64,000 bases of DNA. Origin: Candidatus Binatia bacterium (GTDB lineage: Bacteria > Desulfobacterota > Binatia > UBA12015). Positions 30,010 through 39,987 of the stretch are shown piece after piece. Numbering within the stretch: position 1 is the stretch's first letter; every line of letters starts with the position of its first letter. The notes beneath the pieces are model-generated. The model ran no database searches. It was not told where the DNA came from and saw nothing but the letters and a program-made list of their open reading frames with translations. Both the position numbers and the translations under genes were made by a program. The stretch is from NCBI GenBank assembly GCA_965658895.1, contig CBFHUR010000006.1, positions 50,131 through 114,130 on the forward strand. Reading direction: 5' to 3'.

Positions 30010-32013
30010 ATGAAATCGAACAAGAACCGACGGATTCCCTGTTTTATTCTCGCTCTGGCGCTGCTGTCCCTGCCGCAGCTTGCGCAAGCGGGCGACGAAC
30101 TCGACCGGCGGGTGAAGGCGACCGGTTCGGTGCGTGTGATGGTACGGTTGGCGCTACCTGAGGCACCAGCCATGGCGTCTGCTGCAGACCGCGCGAAGGA
30201 CCGTCGCGAGCGGATCGCCCGCGCCAGCAACCGCGTGGCATCTCCCCTCCGGAAACAGCGGGCGGGTGGTGTCGTGCGCCGCTTCTCGGAGGTTCCCTGG
30301 GTCGCTGTCGAGGTGGATGCCAAAGGTCTCGCCGACCTTCGGGAATCGTCTCACGTCCAATCGATGAGGCTGGATCGCCGTGAACGGATTCAATTACGAG
30401 AGTCCTCGGAACTTGTGGGCGCTTCCACCGTGCATCGTCGCGGGGTCTCGGGTCAAGGTTGGTCCATCGGGATTCTGGACACCGGAGTTGAGGCCGCGCA
30501 TCCCTTTCTTGCAGGTCGCGTTCGGGGGGGTGCGTGCTTTTCGGCTGATGCCAGTTGCCCGAACGGCCAGACGACCATGATCGGGCCCGGCGCCGGCGAG
30601 CCCTGTGATTTCGGGGAGAGTTCCTGTGGTCACGGGACCCACGTTGCCGGAATCGCAGCGGGGCAGGGAGTCTCAATTGCAGGAATGGCTCCGGCGGCCG
30701 AAATCATCCCCGTCCAGATCTTCACCGAGTTCACCGGCGAGGATTGCGAGGATATGGATGAGGACCCCTGTGCGCTGGCCTACCTCTCCGACATCACCAG
30801 CGGGCTTGAGTATCTCTACTCGATTCGCAACGAGGTTCGGATCGCTGCGATCAACCTCAGCATCGGGGGCGACCTCTATTCCTCTGTGTCGGAGTGCGAG
30901 GCCGCAGATCCGCGGACCGAGATTGTCGGGTTGTTGCGCGCTGCAGGGATCGCCGTGGTCGCCGCGGCCGGCAATGAGAGTTCGACCGATTCCCTGACCA
31001 CGCCGGGATGCCTCTCGGATGTCATCAGTGTCTCGTCGACCAATGACGTGGACGAGATCTCGTCGTTTTCGAACACAGCCGAATTTCTGGACTTCTTTGC
31101 GCCGGGGGCTCAGATCGTCTCATCGGTGCCCTTTGGGAACTATTCGAGCATCTGGGGTTCTTCACAAGCAGCACCCCATGTGGCGGGTGCCTATGCGTTA
31201 TTATTCGAAGCCCTCGGTCAGTCGTCGCTCGAGCTGAGCAGCGAGATGCTGCGTGCTTCGGGTGAACCGATCCCGGTGAGGAATCTGCGTCGGGATATTC
31301 CCCGGCTCCAGGTTGATCGGGCTCTCGACCTGCTGGAACTGGATCGCCGCGGTACCGGTCTGCAGCAGACACCCGACGGTGAGCGGATCTTGCTGAGCAA
31401 GGATCTGGCCGGCGAGCGGTGGGCCATCGTGTTGAATCTGGGTGATGGTTCGGTTTCGGGTAACGTCTTTCTGGAAGATGGCAGTGACCCGGCCTTTGTC
31501 TCCTGCGTCGCCTCCGGGGAGGCGTCGCGGAATGGGTATCTGTCTTTCGCGTGTTCGGGAGCCTCGCAGTGTCGGTCGGGTTGCCAGCCCGAGGATTGGA
31601 CGTCGCTCGGGTCGGTGACCTTACCCGAGTCCTTCTTTTCGCCGCGACCGCGGTATCCCCTGCCGGAACCGTTGGTGCAACCGGGCGGGCGCGCTTCGGA
31701 CTCGCAGGCGGGTGTCCGCGAAATTCCAGGTCAGGATCGCGTTCTGGTCAGCAAGGATGCTGGCGGGAAGCGCTGGGCGATTGCCTGGAACGAGGACGGA
31801 ACGGTCACGGGTAATGTCTATGATCCGGAGGGAGGTGCTCCACAATTTGTCTGGTGTTCCGACCTGGGGAACGATGGGAATCCTGACCTCGCGGCGCGAA
31901 TCTTCCGATTCCGCTGCGCGGGTTCCGATCCATGCTTTGAGGGTTCCTGTCGCGCGGAGAACTGGACGGACCTCGGCGCGGTCGAGTTGCCGGGATCCTT
32001 TTTTCAGCCCTGA
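30010..32013 (+). CDS. secreted subtilisin-like serine protease (peptidase S8) with two C-terminal tandem repeat domains
   Basis: Signal peptide 'MKSNKNRRIPCFILALALLSLPQLAQA'. S8 catalytic triad motifs 'GILDTGV' (Asp), 'CGHGTHVAG' (His) and 'GSSQAAPHVAGA' (Ser). ATG at 30010. Confidence 0.85.
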   Translation: MKSNKNRRIPCFILALALLSLPQLAQAGDELDRRVKATGSVRVMVRLALPEAPAMASAADRAKDRRERIARASNRVASPLRKQRAGGVVRRFSEVPWVAVEVDAKGLADLRESSHVQSMRLDRRERIQLRESSELVGASTVHRRGVSGQGWSIGILDTGVEAAHPFLAGRVRGGACFSADASCPNGQTTMIGPGAGEPCDFGESSCGHGTHVAGIAAGQGVSIAGMAPAAEIIPVQIFTEFTGEDCEDMDEDPCALAYLSDITSGLEYLYSIRNEVRIAAINLSIGGDLYSSVSECEAADPRTEIVGLLRAAGIAVVAAAGNESSTDSLTTPGCLSDVISVSSTNDVDEISSFSNTAEFLDFFAPGAQIVSSVPFGNYSSIWGSSQAAPHVAGAYALLFEALGQSSLELSSEMLRASGEPIPVRNLRRDIPRLQVDRALDLLELDRRGTGLQQTPDGERILLSKDLAGERWAIVLNLGDGSVSGNVFLEDGSDPAFVSCVASGEASRNGYLSFACSGASQCRSGCQPEDWTSLGSVTLPESFFSPRPRYPLPEPLVQPGGRASDSQAGVREIPGQDRVLVSKDAGGKRWAIAWNEDGTVTGNVYDPEGGAPQFVWCSDLGNDGNPDLAARIFRFRCAGSDPCFEGSCRAENWTDLGAVELPGSFFQP

Positions 32014-32843
32014 GCTGGTTGGGGGAGTCGCGCGCAGAATTCAGCGAGGCCTTCCTCCCAGGGAGGCAGATGGATGGGACGGGCTTTCGTCGTGATCAGG
32101 GGGGCGTAGGCGGGACGCTTTGCCGGTCGCGGGAAAGCGTCGGTGCCCACCGCTTGCAGGTCGACCTCAAGGGCTAGGAGGCGGAGCAGTTCTTTTGTGA
32201 ACCCGAACCAGCTGGTCTCGCCGCTGCCGGCCAGATGCCAGGTTCCGTAGTCGCTGCGGTCGATCAGAGCCGCGATTGCCTTCGCCAGATGCGGAGCGTA
32301 AGTGGGGGACCCGACCTGATCGTCGACCACGCGGAGATTGCCACTGGCGGCCAGGCGGATCATCGTGCGGGGAAAGTTTGCGCCCTCTTCGTGGAAGACC
32401 CAAGCCGTGCGAGCGATATGGTGGCGCGGGTTAATCAGCCGGACGGCCTCTTCGCCGGCCAGCTTGCTGGCGCCGTAGACCGATGCTGGACGGGGCGTAG
32501 CGGTTTCATCGTAGGGGCTCGTGGCCGTTCCATCGAAGACATAATCGGTCGAGACATGGATGAGACCAGCCCCCAGAGCGGCGGTGGCCTCGGCAAGATT
32601 ACGCGGCCCCGCGGCGTTCACGCGATAGGCCGCCGATACCTCTGTCTCGGCAGCATCAACCTGGTTCCAGGCGGCCGCGTTGATGACCCACTCGGGCCGA
32701 TGACGGCCGATCACCTCGGCGGTCTGGGCATTGTCGCTGATATCGAGCATCTGCCGATTGCAGGAGATGATTTCGTGGCCGGCCAGCGCCGCCGGCAGGG
32801 AGCGGCCGAGTTGTCCGTCGGCACCGGTCACCAGAATTTTCAT
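32004..32843 (-). CDS. rmlD: dTDP-4-dehydrorhamnose reductase
   Basis: '[13 protein letters not shown]' Rossmann motif and RmlD length. The ATG overlaps the rmlC stop. Confidence 0.85.
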   Translation of the reverse strand: MKILVTGADGQLGRSLPAALAGHEIISCNRQMLDISDNAQTAEVIGRHRPEWVINAAAWNQVDAAETEVSAAYRVNAAGPRNLAEATAALGAGLIHVSTDYVFDGTATSPYDETATPRPASVYGASKLAGEEAVRLINPRHHIARTAWVFHEEGANFPRTMIRLAASGNLRVVDDQVGSPTYAPHLAKAIAALIDRSDYGTWHLAGSGETSWFGFTKELLRLLALEVDLQAVGTDAFPRPAKRPAYAPLITTKARPIHLPPWEEGLAEFCARLPQPAQG

Positions 32844-33403
32844 GGCACGCTCGTCCAAAGCTCCTGGAGAACGCTCTTCCATGCCGCAAGCGGTTTGCCG
32901 GCGCGGTCTTTCTCCGAGAGGGTGGGGTTCCCCACCGGCCATTCGACGCCGACGGCCGGGTCATTCCAGATCAGGCAGAGCTCATGGCTGGGATCATAGA
33001 TATCCGAGCATTTATATTCGACTTGTGCCGAATCGCTGAGCACGCAGAAGCCATGCGCGAAGCCAACGGGGACATAGATTTGCCGAAAATTTTCCGCCGA
33101 GAGTTCGACGGAAAGCCAGCGACCAAAGGTCCGCGAGGACGGTCGGATATCGACCACGACATCGAGGATCGCGCCTTCGATGGCCCGGACGAGTTTTGCT
33201 TGTGGATGGGTGAGTTGGGCGTGGAGTCCGCGCAGTGTGCCCCGAGCGCTGCGCGAGTGGTTGTCCTGCACGAAGGTGTCCGGAATTCCCGCTTCGCGGT
33301 ACCGATCGGCGTGGTAGGTCTCGACGAAAAAACCCCGGTCATCGCCGTGGACCTTGGGGTCGACCAGGAGGACGCCGGAGAGGTCTGTCGGGGAGACGTT
33401 CAA
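32840..33403 (-). CDS. rmlC: dTDP-4-dehydrorhamnose 3,5-epimerase
   Basis: '[21 protein letters not shown]...RGLHAQ...[10 protein letters not shown]' cupin motifs. The proposed TTG start overlaps the rmlA stop (TTGA); the track ORF extends into rmlA. Confidence 0.8.
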   Translation of the reverse strand: MNVSPTDLSGVLLVDPKVHGDDRGFFVETYHADRYREAGIPDTFVQDNHSRSARGTLRGLHAQLTHPQAKLVRAIEGAILDVVVDIRPSSRTFGRWLSVELSAENFRQIYVPVGFAHGFCVLSDSAQVEYKCSDIYDPSHELCLIWNDPAVGVEWPVGNPTLSEKDRAGKPLAAWKSVLQELWTSVP

Positions 33404-34293
33404 CCTTCGGGCCCCTCCTGGGCCAGCATCCGGATCAGATACTGTCCGTAGGATGTTTTCGCGAGCGGCTGGGCCAATCGCTCCACATCGGAAGCCGAGA
33501 TATAGCCTCGCCGCCAGGCGATCTCTTCCAGACATGCGACTTTCAGGCCCTGACGTTCCTCAATTGCCTGAATGAAGTTTCCGGCCTGCAGCAGGGCTTC
33601 GTGGGTGCCGGTGTCGAGCCAGGCGAGCCCGCGACCCATTCGTTCGACTTGAAGGTCGCCGCTGGCAAGATAGGCGCGATTGACGTCGGTGATTTCAAGC
33701 TCGCCGCGAGGCGATGGGTTGAGTCCGCGAGCAATCTCGACGATGCGGTTATCATAGAAATAGAGCCCGGTGACGGCCCACGAGGAACGGGGCTCGAGGG
33801 GTTTTTCTTCCAGCCCGATCGCACTTCCCGATCCATCAAATTCCACCACGCCGTATCGCTCAGGGTCCGAGACCCAGTAGCCGAATACGGTGGCTCCTTT
33901 CTCGCGGCTTCCGGCGCGTTGCAGCATCTCGGTAAGGCCCTGGCCGTAGAAGATATTGTCCCCGAGAGCGAGAGCCGCACGACCGCCCTGGAGGAAATCC
34001 TCTGCAATCACAAATGCCTGGGCGATACCTTCCGGGCGCTCCTGGACCGCATATTGAAGGGAAATCCCGAGGTCGGAACCATCGCCGAGCAGGCGCTGGA
34101 ATGCGGGTTGCTCATGCGGTGTCGTGATGACCAGGATCTCGCGTATGGACGCCTGCATGAGCGTCGATAGCGGGTAGTAGACCATCGGTTTGTCGTAGAT
34201 CGGCAGGAGCTGCTTGCTGGTCGCCCGGGTTACCGGGTGCAGGCGCGTGCCGGCGCCGCCAGCGAGCAGGATTCCGCGAATGCTTGCACTCAT
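33400..34293 (-). CDS. rmlA: glucose-1-phosphate thymidylyltransferase
   Basis: '[40 protein letters not shown]' is the canonical RmlA N-terminus. Confidence 0.9.
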   Translation of the reverse strand: MSASIRGILLAGGAGTRLHPVTRATSKQLLPIYDKPMVYYPLSTLMQASIREILVITTPHEQPAFQRLLGDGSDLGISLQYAVQERPEGIAQAFVIAEDFLQGGRAALALGDNIFYGQGLTEMLQRAGSREKGATVFGYWVSDPERYGVVEFDGSGSAIGLEEKPLEPRSSWAVTGLYFYDNRIVEIARGLNPSPRGELEITDVNRAYLASGDLQVERMGRGLAWLDTGTHEALLQAGNFIQAIEERQGLKVACLEEIAWRRGYISASDVERLAQPLAKTSYGQYLIRMLAQEGPEG

Positions 34294-35375
34294 GATCGAC
34301 TCCCCAGGCCCAGACGGGCCCGCTCGGTTGGGTCCTCCTGAACTGTGTGACACCAATCCTGATGCGCGAGGTACCAGGCAACGGTCATGCGAAAGCCTTC
34401 GTCGACCCCGACCGAAGGTCGCCACCCAAGCTCTCGGACGGCCTTGCTTCCATCGATCGCGTAGCGCCGGTCATGTCCGGGTCGGTCGGTTACAAACCGA
34501 CGCAGCTCCGAGTAGCTTTTCAGTCCCCGGTCCCGGAGAGCTGCATTCTCGTGCGCGGGGCGTTGGTCTTCGAGAAGTTCGCAGATGGCGTCGACCACCT
34601 GTAAATTGGTGCGTTCGCCACCGCCCCCGAGGTTATATTTCTCGCCAGCGACACCCTTGCGGAGCACCGTGAGAATTCCATCGCAATGGTCTTCCACGTA
34701 GATCCAGTCCCGCACATTGCTGCCATCACCATAGATCGGGAGATCGGCAGCATCGACGGCGTTGAGGATCATCAAGGGGATGAGTTTCTCGGGAAATTGG
34801 TAAGGGCCGTAGTTGTTGGAGCAGTTCGTCAGGAGAGTGGGCACGCCGTAGGTGTGGAACCAGGCGCGCACCAGATGGTCGGCCGAGGCTTTGCTTGCCG
34901 CATAGGGCGAGTTTGGCGCATAGGGTGTGGTCTCGGAGAAGGCCCCTTGCGGCCCGAGACTCCCGTACACCTCGTCAGTCGAGACATGGAGGAAGCGGAA
35001 AGCATCGCGGTCTTCTCCTGTGAGCGATTCATGGAGTCGTCGTGCCGCTTCGAGCAACTGGAAGGTGCCGAGAATATTGGTGCGGAGAAACTCATCCGGA
35101 CTTTCGATCGAGCGATCCACATGGGATTCTGCTGCAAAGTTGACAATCCAGCGGGGCTTTTCCTCGAGGATCAACTGGTGGGTCCGGTCAGCGTCGGCAA
35201 TATCACCCTCGACAATTGTAAGACGTTGCTTGTCGAGACCTGCCAGCGAGTCTCGATGGCCTGCGTAGGTAAATTTGTCGAGGACTAGGATCCGGGCATC
35301 GGTCCGCTCGAGAGCCATGCGGACGAAGTTGACGCCGATAAATCCAGCCCCACCGGTGACGAGCATGGTTTCCAT
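34290..35375 (-). CDS. rmlB: dTDP-glucose 4,6-dehydratase
   Basis: '[15 protein letters not shown]' and '[15 protein letters not shown]' (YxxxK). It overlaps rmlA by 4 nt. Confidence 0.9.
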   Translation of the reverse strand: METMLVTGGAGFIGVNFVRMALERTDARILVLDKFTYAGHRDSLAGLDKQRLTIVEGDIADADRTHQLILEEKPRWIVNFAAESHVDRSIESPDEFLRTNILGTFQLLEAARRLHESLTGEDRDAFRFLHVSTDEVYGSLGPQGAFSETTPYAPNSPYAASKASADHLVRAWFHTYGVPTLLTNCSNNYGPYQFPEKLIPLMILNAVDAADLPIYGDGSNVRDWIYVEDHCDGILTVLRKGVAGEKYNLGGGGERTNLQVVDAICELLEDQRPAHENAALRDRGLKSYSELRRFVTDRPGHDRRYAIDGSKAVRELGWRPSVGVDEGFRMTVAWYLAHQDWCHTVQEDPTERARLGLGSRS

Positions 35376-35441
35376 GTCGTTTTGCTTACCCGAGGTCCTC
35401 GTGGGTCGCCACCGCCGGGGAGAAGGAACGTGGCTCCCGGG

Positions 35442-37013
35442 TCAGGATGAGGGGGCGTGGCCCGGGCCCAGCAGGTCGAGCAGGGATTTGACGGGTTGAA
35501 ATGTCTCGCGGGGGACCTCGACAAAGATCGTCGTCCATCCGGCCATCGAACCGTTCCACAGGCCTGGGTGCTCCAGCGCAAGAAGATCGCGGCCTTCGCT
35601 GGATTTTTTTGCGACGAAGACCGCCTCGGTGTCGACGAAATCACCGAGATCAAACGGCTGTCCCGCGGCATCGCGCAAGGCGCAGACCATATCGGTAGGA
35701 TTGAAATGGGTGGCCTCCTCCAAGTTGCGGGTTTGCTCGGGGTCGTCGGGGTCGATCTCGGCGGTCTCCACGATCTGCCGCGAGACGCTGCCATCATGGG
35801 CGCGCACCCAGAACGGACCGCCCCCGGGGTCGCCGGTGTTGCCAACGACGCCGCAGACGCGCATCGGCCGGCCGGCTACCTCCTCGAGGAGCGCTGGCAC
35901 GGGCTTGTCGAGCGCAAGGCCCAGTTCTTCGTTCAGGAAGTTCCCGGCAGCCTCCAGCACCGAGGGTTCGTTCGGGGACCTCTGGAGCTTCTCACGCCAT
36001 TGCAGAGTCTCGCGCTGCAGTTGGGCGAGCAGTCCGCCCAGAATTCGTCGCCAGTGAAGGATCGGCTCGCGTCGGTCGTCCGGCACGATATTGTCGATGT
36101 TCTTGATGAAGACGAAATCCCCGTCGAGTTGGTCGAGATTGTAGAGCAGCGAGCCGTGCCCTCCCGGGCGGAAGAGGATCTCTCCGTCTCCGGTTCGGAA
36201 AAGCTCTCCGTTCGCGTCCAGCGCAATCGTGTCCGTGGAGGGCGCCTGAGTAGAGAAGCTATGTCGGAATTCAATCGCCTGTGTTTTCTGGATTGCGGGC
36301 GCGACGCGGGAAAGGGTCTGCTCAAACTGGTCCTGGTGCTGGGGGGAGACGGTGAAATGCACTCGAGCGTGGCCATCGTGGTCCGCCAGTAGCGAGCCGG
36401 CTTCACGCAGGTGTTCCTCGAAGGCCGTACGAGCGGCGTTCGGGTAGCGGTGAAATGGAAGTAAGCCCTTGGGCTGGGCTGGCAAATTCAGGGCCTGGGC
36501 GTCGAGCAACGCGTCAACCAGCGGTGCATAGTTCCCTGACCGGATCGTGGTCTCCAGTCCTGTCTCGGTTTCGTCGAGATAGCGCGCGAGGTCATCCTCG
36601 ATTGCGAGGCGGTCTATCGAGGAAAACGTCGTCAGGACATCGAGGTCCTCGGGGGCGTCGGAGGACTCCAGGCTCTGCCGATCGAGCGCTCGCCCACTCG
36701 ATTTGGCCTCCAGCAGGGTCTTGAACATTCGCGAAGCGGCACCGGAGGCGGGGACAAAGGAGAGATAGCGTCCCGCGAGAGCTGCTTGCGAAAACTCGCT
36801 GAGGCAGGCTTCGATCTCCTTGGGGGACAGCTTTCGAACCCCGTCCCCGACGGTCGCGGGCCGATCGAGTACCCGGTAGGTCGCGCTGCCTGCGAGGAGG
36901 TCGCGCTGCCGGGCGACCTCCTCGAGGGTCAGGCCGCGGGCTTCAATTGCGGCCTGGTCGGCCTGATCGAGATGGAGATCGTTTGGTTCACGCATCACGG
37001 GGCGAGATAGCAT
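35442..37013 (-). CDS. DUF4301 family protein (putative UGPase/UAP-like sugar-1-phosphate nucleotidyltransferase fold)
   Basis: 523 aa. Motifs 'FVPASGAASRMF', 'FIKNIDNIV' and 'RPGGHGSLLYNL' resemble the nucleotide-binding, NxDN and PGHGD motifs of eukaryotic-type UDP-sugar pyrophosphorylases; this is inference. It is directly upstream of rmlBACD on the same strand. Confidence 0.55.
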   Translation of the reverse strand: MLSRPVMREPNDLHLDQADQAAIEARGLTLEEVARQRDLLAGSATYRVLDRPATVGDGVRKLSPKEIEACLSEFSQAALAGRYLSFVPASGAASRMFKTLLEAKSSGRALDRQSLESSDAPEDLDVLTTFSSIDRLAIEDDLARYLDETETGLETTIRSGNYAPLVDALLDAQALNLPAQPKGLLPFHRYPNAARTAFEEHLREAGSLLADHDGHARVHFTVSPQHQDQFEQTLSRVAPAIQKTQAIEFRHSFSTQAPSTDTIALDANGELFRTGDGEILFRPGGHGSLLYNLDQLDGDFVFIKNIDNIVPDDRREPILHWRRILGGLLAQLQRETLQWREKLQRSPNEPSVLEAAGNFLNEELGLALDKPVPALLEEVAGRPMRVCGVVGNTGDPGGGPFWVRAHDGSVSRQIVETAEIDPDDPEQTRNLEEATHFNPTDMVCALRDAAGQPFDLGDFVDTEAVFVAKKSSEGRDLLALEHPGLWNGSMAGWTTIFVEVPRETFQPVKSLLDLLGPGHAPSS

Positions 37014-37061
37014 GTCGCTGGTTGTCGGGAAACGGCTTGGTTTTGGGAACCTGCCCGCTTA

Positions 37062-37727
37062 GTGTACATGCGTACCGCTGGGAAACGTGAAATGGGCAAG
37101 GCAAGCGAACAGATCGGGTTGGGTGGAGATCCGGCCAACGGAACTTCGACGCGGATTCTGGACGCCGCAGAGGGGTTGTTTGCCGATGCGGGCTTTGCCG
37201 GCGTTTCCGTGCGTGAGATCGCAGGTGCGGTCGGCCTGAATCAGGCGAGCATCTACAACCATTTCTCGAGCAAACGGGCTCTCTACGAGGCGGTGCTTGA
37301 TCGGGGACTGCGTCCGCTGCAGGAGACGCTCGCAGCCGCCGCCTTGTCGCTGGATGCGCCCGATGCCGGCGGTCGGTTGCTCGAAGACCTTACCGAACAA
37401 CTATGGCGTTCGCCGAATCTGCCGCGCCTGATCCAGCGCGAGATCCTCGATGATGGCGAGTATCTCGAGCGGCTGGCGGAACAGTGGCTCCGGCCGATTG
37501 TCGAGGAGGGTCGTGGGGCGATGGAGAAGTCTTCCTGGGCGTCGAGTTGGGAGAGTGATGCCGACTCGCTGATCATCCTGCTGATGTACCATGTGATCTT
37601 CGGGTACTTTTTTTCGGCGCCGCTAACCCGTCGAGTTTTGGGTGTGGAGCCTGCCAGCGAGGAGATGCGCCACCGCCAGGTCGAGTTTCTCAAGCTGGTG
37701 GCGCAGCGATTGATGGTGTCGAGCTAG
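37062..37727 (+). CDS. TetR family transcriptional regulator
   Basis: HTH 'SVREIAGAVGLNQASIYNHFSSKRALY'. The start may be at 37092. Confidence 0.7.
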   Translation: MYMRTAGKREMGKASEQIGLGGDPANGTSTRILDAAEGLFADAGFAGVSVREIAGAVGLNQASIYNHFSSKRALYEAVLDRGLRPLQETLAAAALSLDAPDAGGRLLEDLTEQLWRSPNLPRLIQREILDDGEYLERLAEQWLRPIVEEGRGAMEKSSWASSWESDADSLIILLMYHVIFGYFFSAPLTRRVLGVEPASEEMRHRQVEFLKLVAQRLMVSS

Positions 37728-37732
37728 CCGGC

Positions 37733-39064
37733 TCAGACCGAGCCTTTGACCTCGGTTTCGCGGGGGCCTGCCTCGGGGCGCTCTTCAAGTGAAACGTAAT
37801 CGCGAGTGGCGGCGCCGATGTAGAGCTGCTTGGGGCGCACAATCCTCATATTCGGATCGTCGAGTGCTTCGGCCCATTGCGCGACCCAGCCCGACGTTCG
37901 TGCGATGGCAAAGAGTACCGTGAACATGTTGGTGGGGAAGCCCATCGCTTCGTAGATGATGCCCGAATAGAAATCGACGTTCGGGTACAGCTTGCGCTTG
38001 ATGAAGTACTCATCTTCCAGGGCGATCCGCTCGAGTTCCAGAGCGATGTCGATGATCGGATTCTTCCCGGTGGCCTCGAAGACCTGGTAGGCGATCTGCT
38101 TGATGATTTTGGCTCGCGGGTCGTAGTTTTTGTACACACGATGGCCGAAACCCTCGAGTCGAACTTCGCCTTCCTTGACGCGCTTGATCATGTCGGGGAC
38201 TCGACTGACCGAGCCGATCTCGCGCAACATGCGGACCGCGGCCTCGTTGGCTCCACCGTGGCGAGGGCCCGACAGGGCCGCGGCGGCTGCGGCAACCACC
38301 GAGTAGGGGTCGGCATGGGAGCTGCCCACTGTACGGGCAGCTGTGGCCGAACAGTTTTGTTCGTGGTCGGCGTGCAGGATGAAAAGGACGTCGAGCGCGC
38401 GTTCCAGGATCGGATCCGGTCGATACTTCAGCTCGGTCATCTTGAAGAGCATGGAGAGGAAGTTGCCGGTGTAGGAGAGTTCATTGTCCGGCAGAACATA
38501 CGGCAGACCTTTGGAGTGGCGGAACGCCATCGCCGCAATCGTCGGCAGCTTGGCGATCAGGCGACGGGTCTGAATCCGTTTGGATTCGTCATCGGCAATG
38601 TCCTTGGCTTCCGGATAGAACGTGGACAAGGCGCCGATGGTTCCGATCAGGATGCCCATCGGGTGGGCGTCGTAGCGGAATCCTTCGATGAAGTCTTTCA
38701 CGTTCTCATGCACGATGGTGTGCATCTTGAGGTTGTGTTCCCACATGGAGAGGTGCGTGGGTGTCGGGAGTTCGCCCTTGACGATCAGATAAGCTGTCTC
38801 GAGATAGGTTGATTTCTCGGCAAGTTGCTCGATCGGATAGCCGCGGTAGCGCAGGATGCCCTTTTCGCCATCGATGTAGCTTACGGCACTGCGGCAGGCG
38901 GCCGTGTTGGCGAGCGCGGGATCGAAGCTGACCAGTCCCGGGCTGTCGTCATCGACGCGGATCTGACCCAGATCCTCGGCTTTGATGGAATTATCGTCGA
39001 TCGGCAAATCGAACTGCTTGCCGGTGCGATTGTCGGTAACGGTCAGGGTATTGGGCATCTTCAT
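37733..39064 (-). CDS. gltA: citrate synthase (type II, hexameric-like)
   Basis: 443 aa with 'LHADHEQNCSATAART', 'GPRHGGANE' and 'GFGHRVYKNYDPRA'. Confidence 0.9.
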   Translation of the reverse strand: MKMPNTLTVTDNRTGKQFDLPIDDNSIKAEDLGQIRVDDDSPGLVSFDPALANTAACRSAVSYIDGEKGILRYRGYPIEQLAEKSTYLETAYLIVKGELPTPTHLSMWEHNLKMHTIVHENVKDFIEGFRYDAHPMGILIGTIGALSTFYPEAKDIADDESKRIQTRRLIAKLPTIAAMAFRHSKGLPYVLPDNELSYTGNFLSMLFKMTELKYRPDPILERALDVLFILHADHEQNCSATAARTVGSSHADPYSVVAAAAAALSGPRHGGANEAAVRMLREIGSVSRVPDMIKRVKEGEVRLEGFGHRVYKNYDPRAKIIKQIAYQVFEATGKNPIIDIALELERIALEDEYFIKRKLYPNVDFYSGIIYEAMGFPTNMFTVLFAIARTSGWVAQWAEALDDPNMRIVRPKQLYIGAATRDYVSLEERPEAGPRETEVKGSV

Positions 39065-39631
39065 TTACTCCATGCCGAGCTTGGTGCGGCCTTCGGGCGA
39101 AATCATGTTCGGGTTCCATACGGGCGCCCAGACGATTTCGACTTCGGCTTCTTCCACACCGGGAATTGTGAGAATTTTGTAGCGAGCATCCGCCGCGATG
39201 GTGTCTCCCATCCCGCAGCCAGGCGCCGTCAGGGTCATCTTGACGTCAACCTTGTGGCGGCCCGCATCGATGGGCTGCGCACTCAGGTCATAAACAAGGC
39301 CCAGATCAACGATGTTCACGGGGATCTCGGGGTCGTAGCAGGTGCGCAGCTCCGTCCAGATCCGTTGCTCGAGTTCTTCGCCTTCGAGCGGGTCTTCACT
39401 CGAGGCAGGTGCCTCGGTGGTCTCGGCTCGCTTCTGGCCGACAGCGTCGGCATCCCGCTCGGAGATTCGGACGAGTCCCCCGTAGTCGGGGACGCTGAGC
39501 GTGTAGGAGCTGCCGAGCGCCTGGGTGATCACCGCCCGGGTCCCTTTCGGGATCAGTACGGTATGTCCGGCCGGTACCAGCACCGCCTCGCAGTCCCGCG
39601 ACAATTCAATCCAATCGGTCGATTCATTCAT
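39065..39631 (-). CDS. DUF59 (MIP18/SufT-like) Fe-S assembly-related protein with N-terminal extension
   Basis: The C-terminal 'CYDPEIPVNIVDLGLVY...TLTAPGCGMG' is the DUF59 signature. The start is uncertain (track ORF to 39751). Its stop abuts the gltA start. Confidence 0.55.
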   Translation of the reverse strand: MNESTDWIELSRDCEAVLVPAGHTVLIPKGTRAVITQALGSSYTLSVPDYGGLVRISERDADAVGQKRAETTEAPASSEDPLEGEELEQRIWTELRTCYDPEIPVNIVDLGLVYDLSAQPIDAGRHKVDVKMTLTAPGCGMGDTIAADARYKILTIPGVEEAEVEIVWAPVWNPNMISPEGRTKLGME

Positions 39632-39987
39632 TTGGTCTAATTCCCGAGGTTTGGCGGAGAAGAGTCCGAGTTTACAAAGGATTTTTGCGAAGCCGAGCTC
39701 TGAAAGAGCATCCGGAGCGCCGCGGACCGTCCGCAGAAGAAGTCTACCCAATCGGCGGCCCTGTTGCCACTTTCGTCCTCTGGCGGGGCCAAATTATAGA
39801 CTCCTCCATAGCGATTGCGTGTGACAGGCAGCCGCTCGCGTCGAAGGTGTATTGCTCGCGGCCGTGTCGGCCGATAGTCTCTCGAAGTTCCGTTGTTTTC
39901 GTTCACTTTTCCATGGCTTCGAAATTCCAAATAACACCTGCCTCGGCTTTGGACTCGACGCGCCTCGAGCGCTGAGGGAATCCGTTC

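Noticed and set aside
39752-39987. Possible tRNA/ncRNA in 236-nt intergenic gap
   Set aside because: There is no T-arm (GTTCGAATC-like) or cloverleaf-compatible segments. It is most likely a divergent promoter region.
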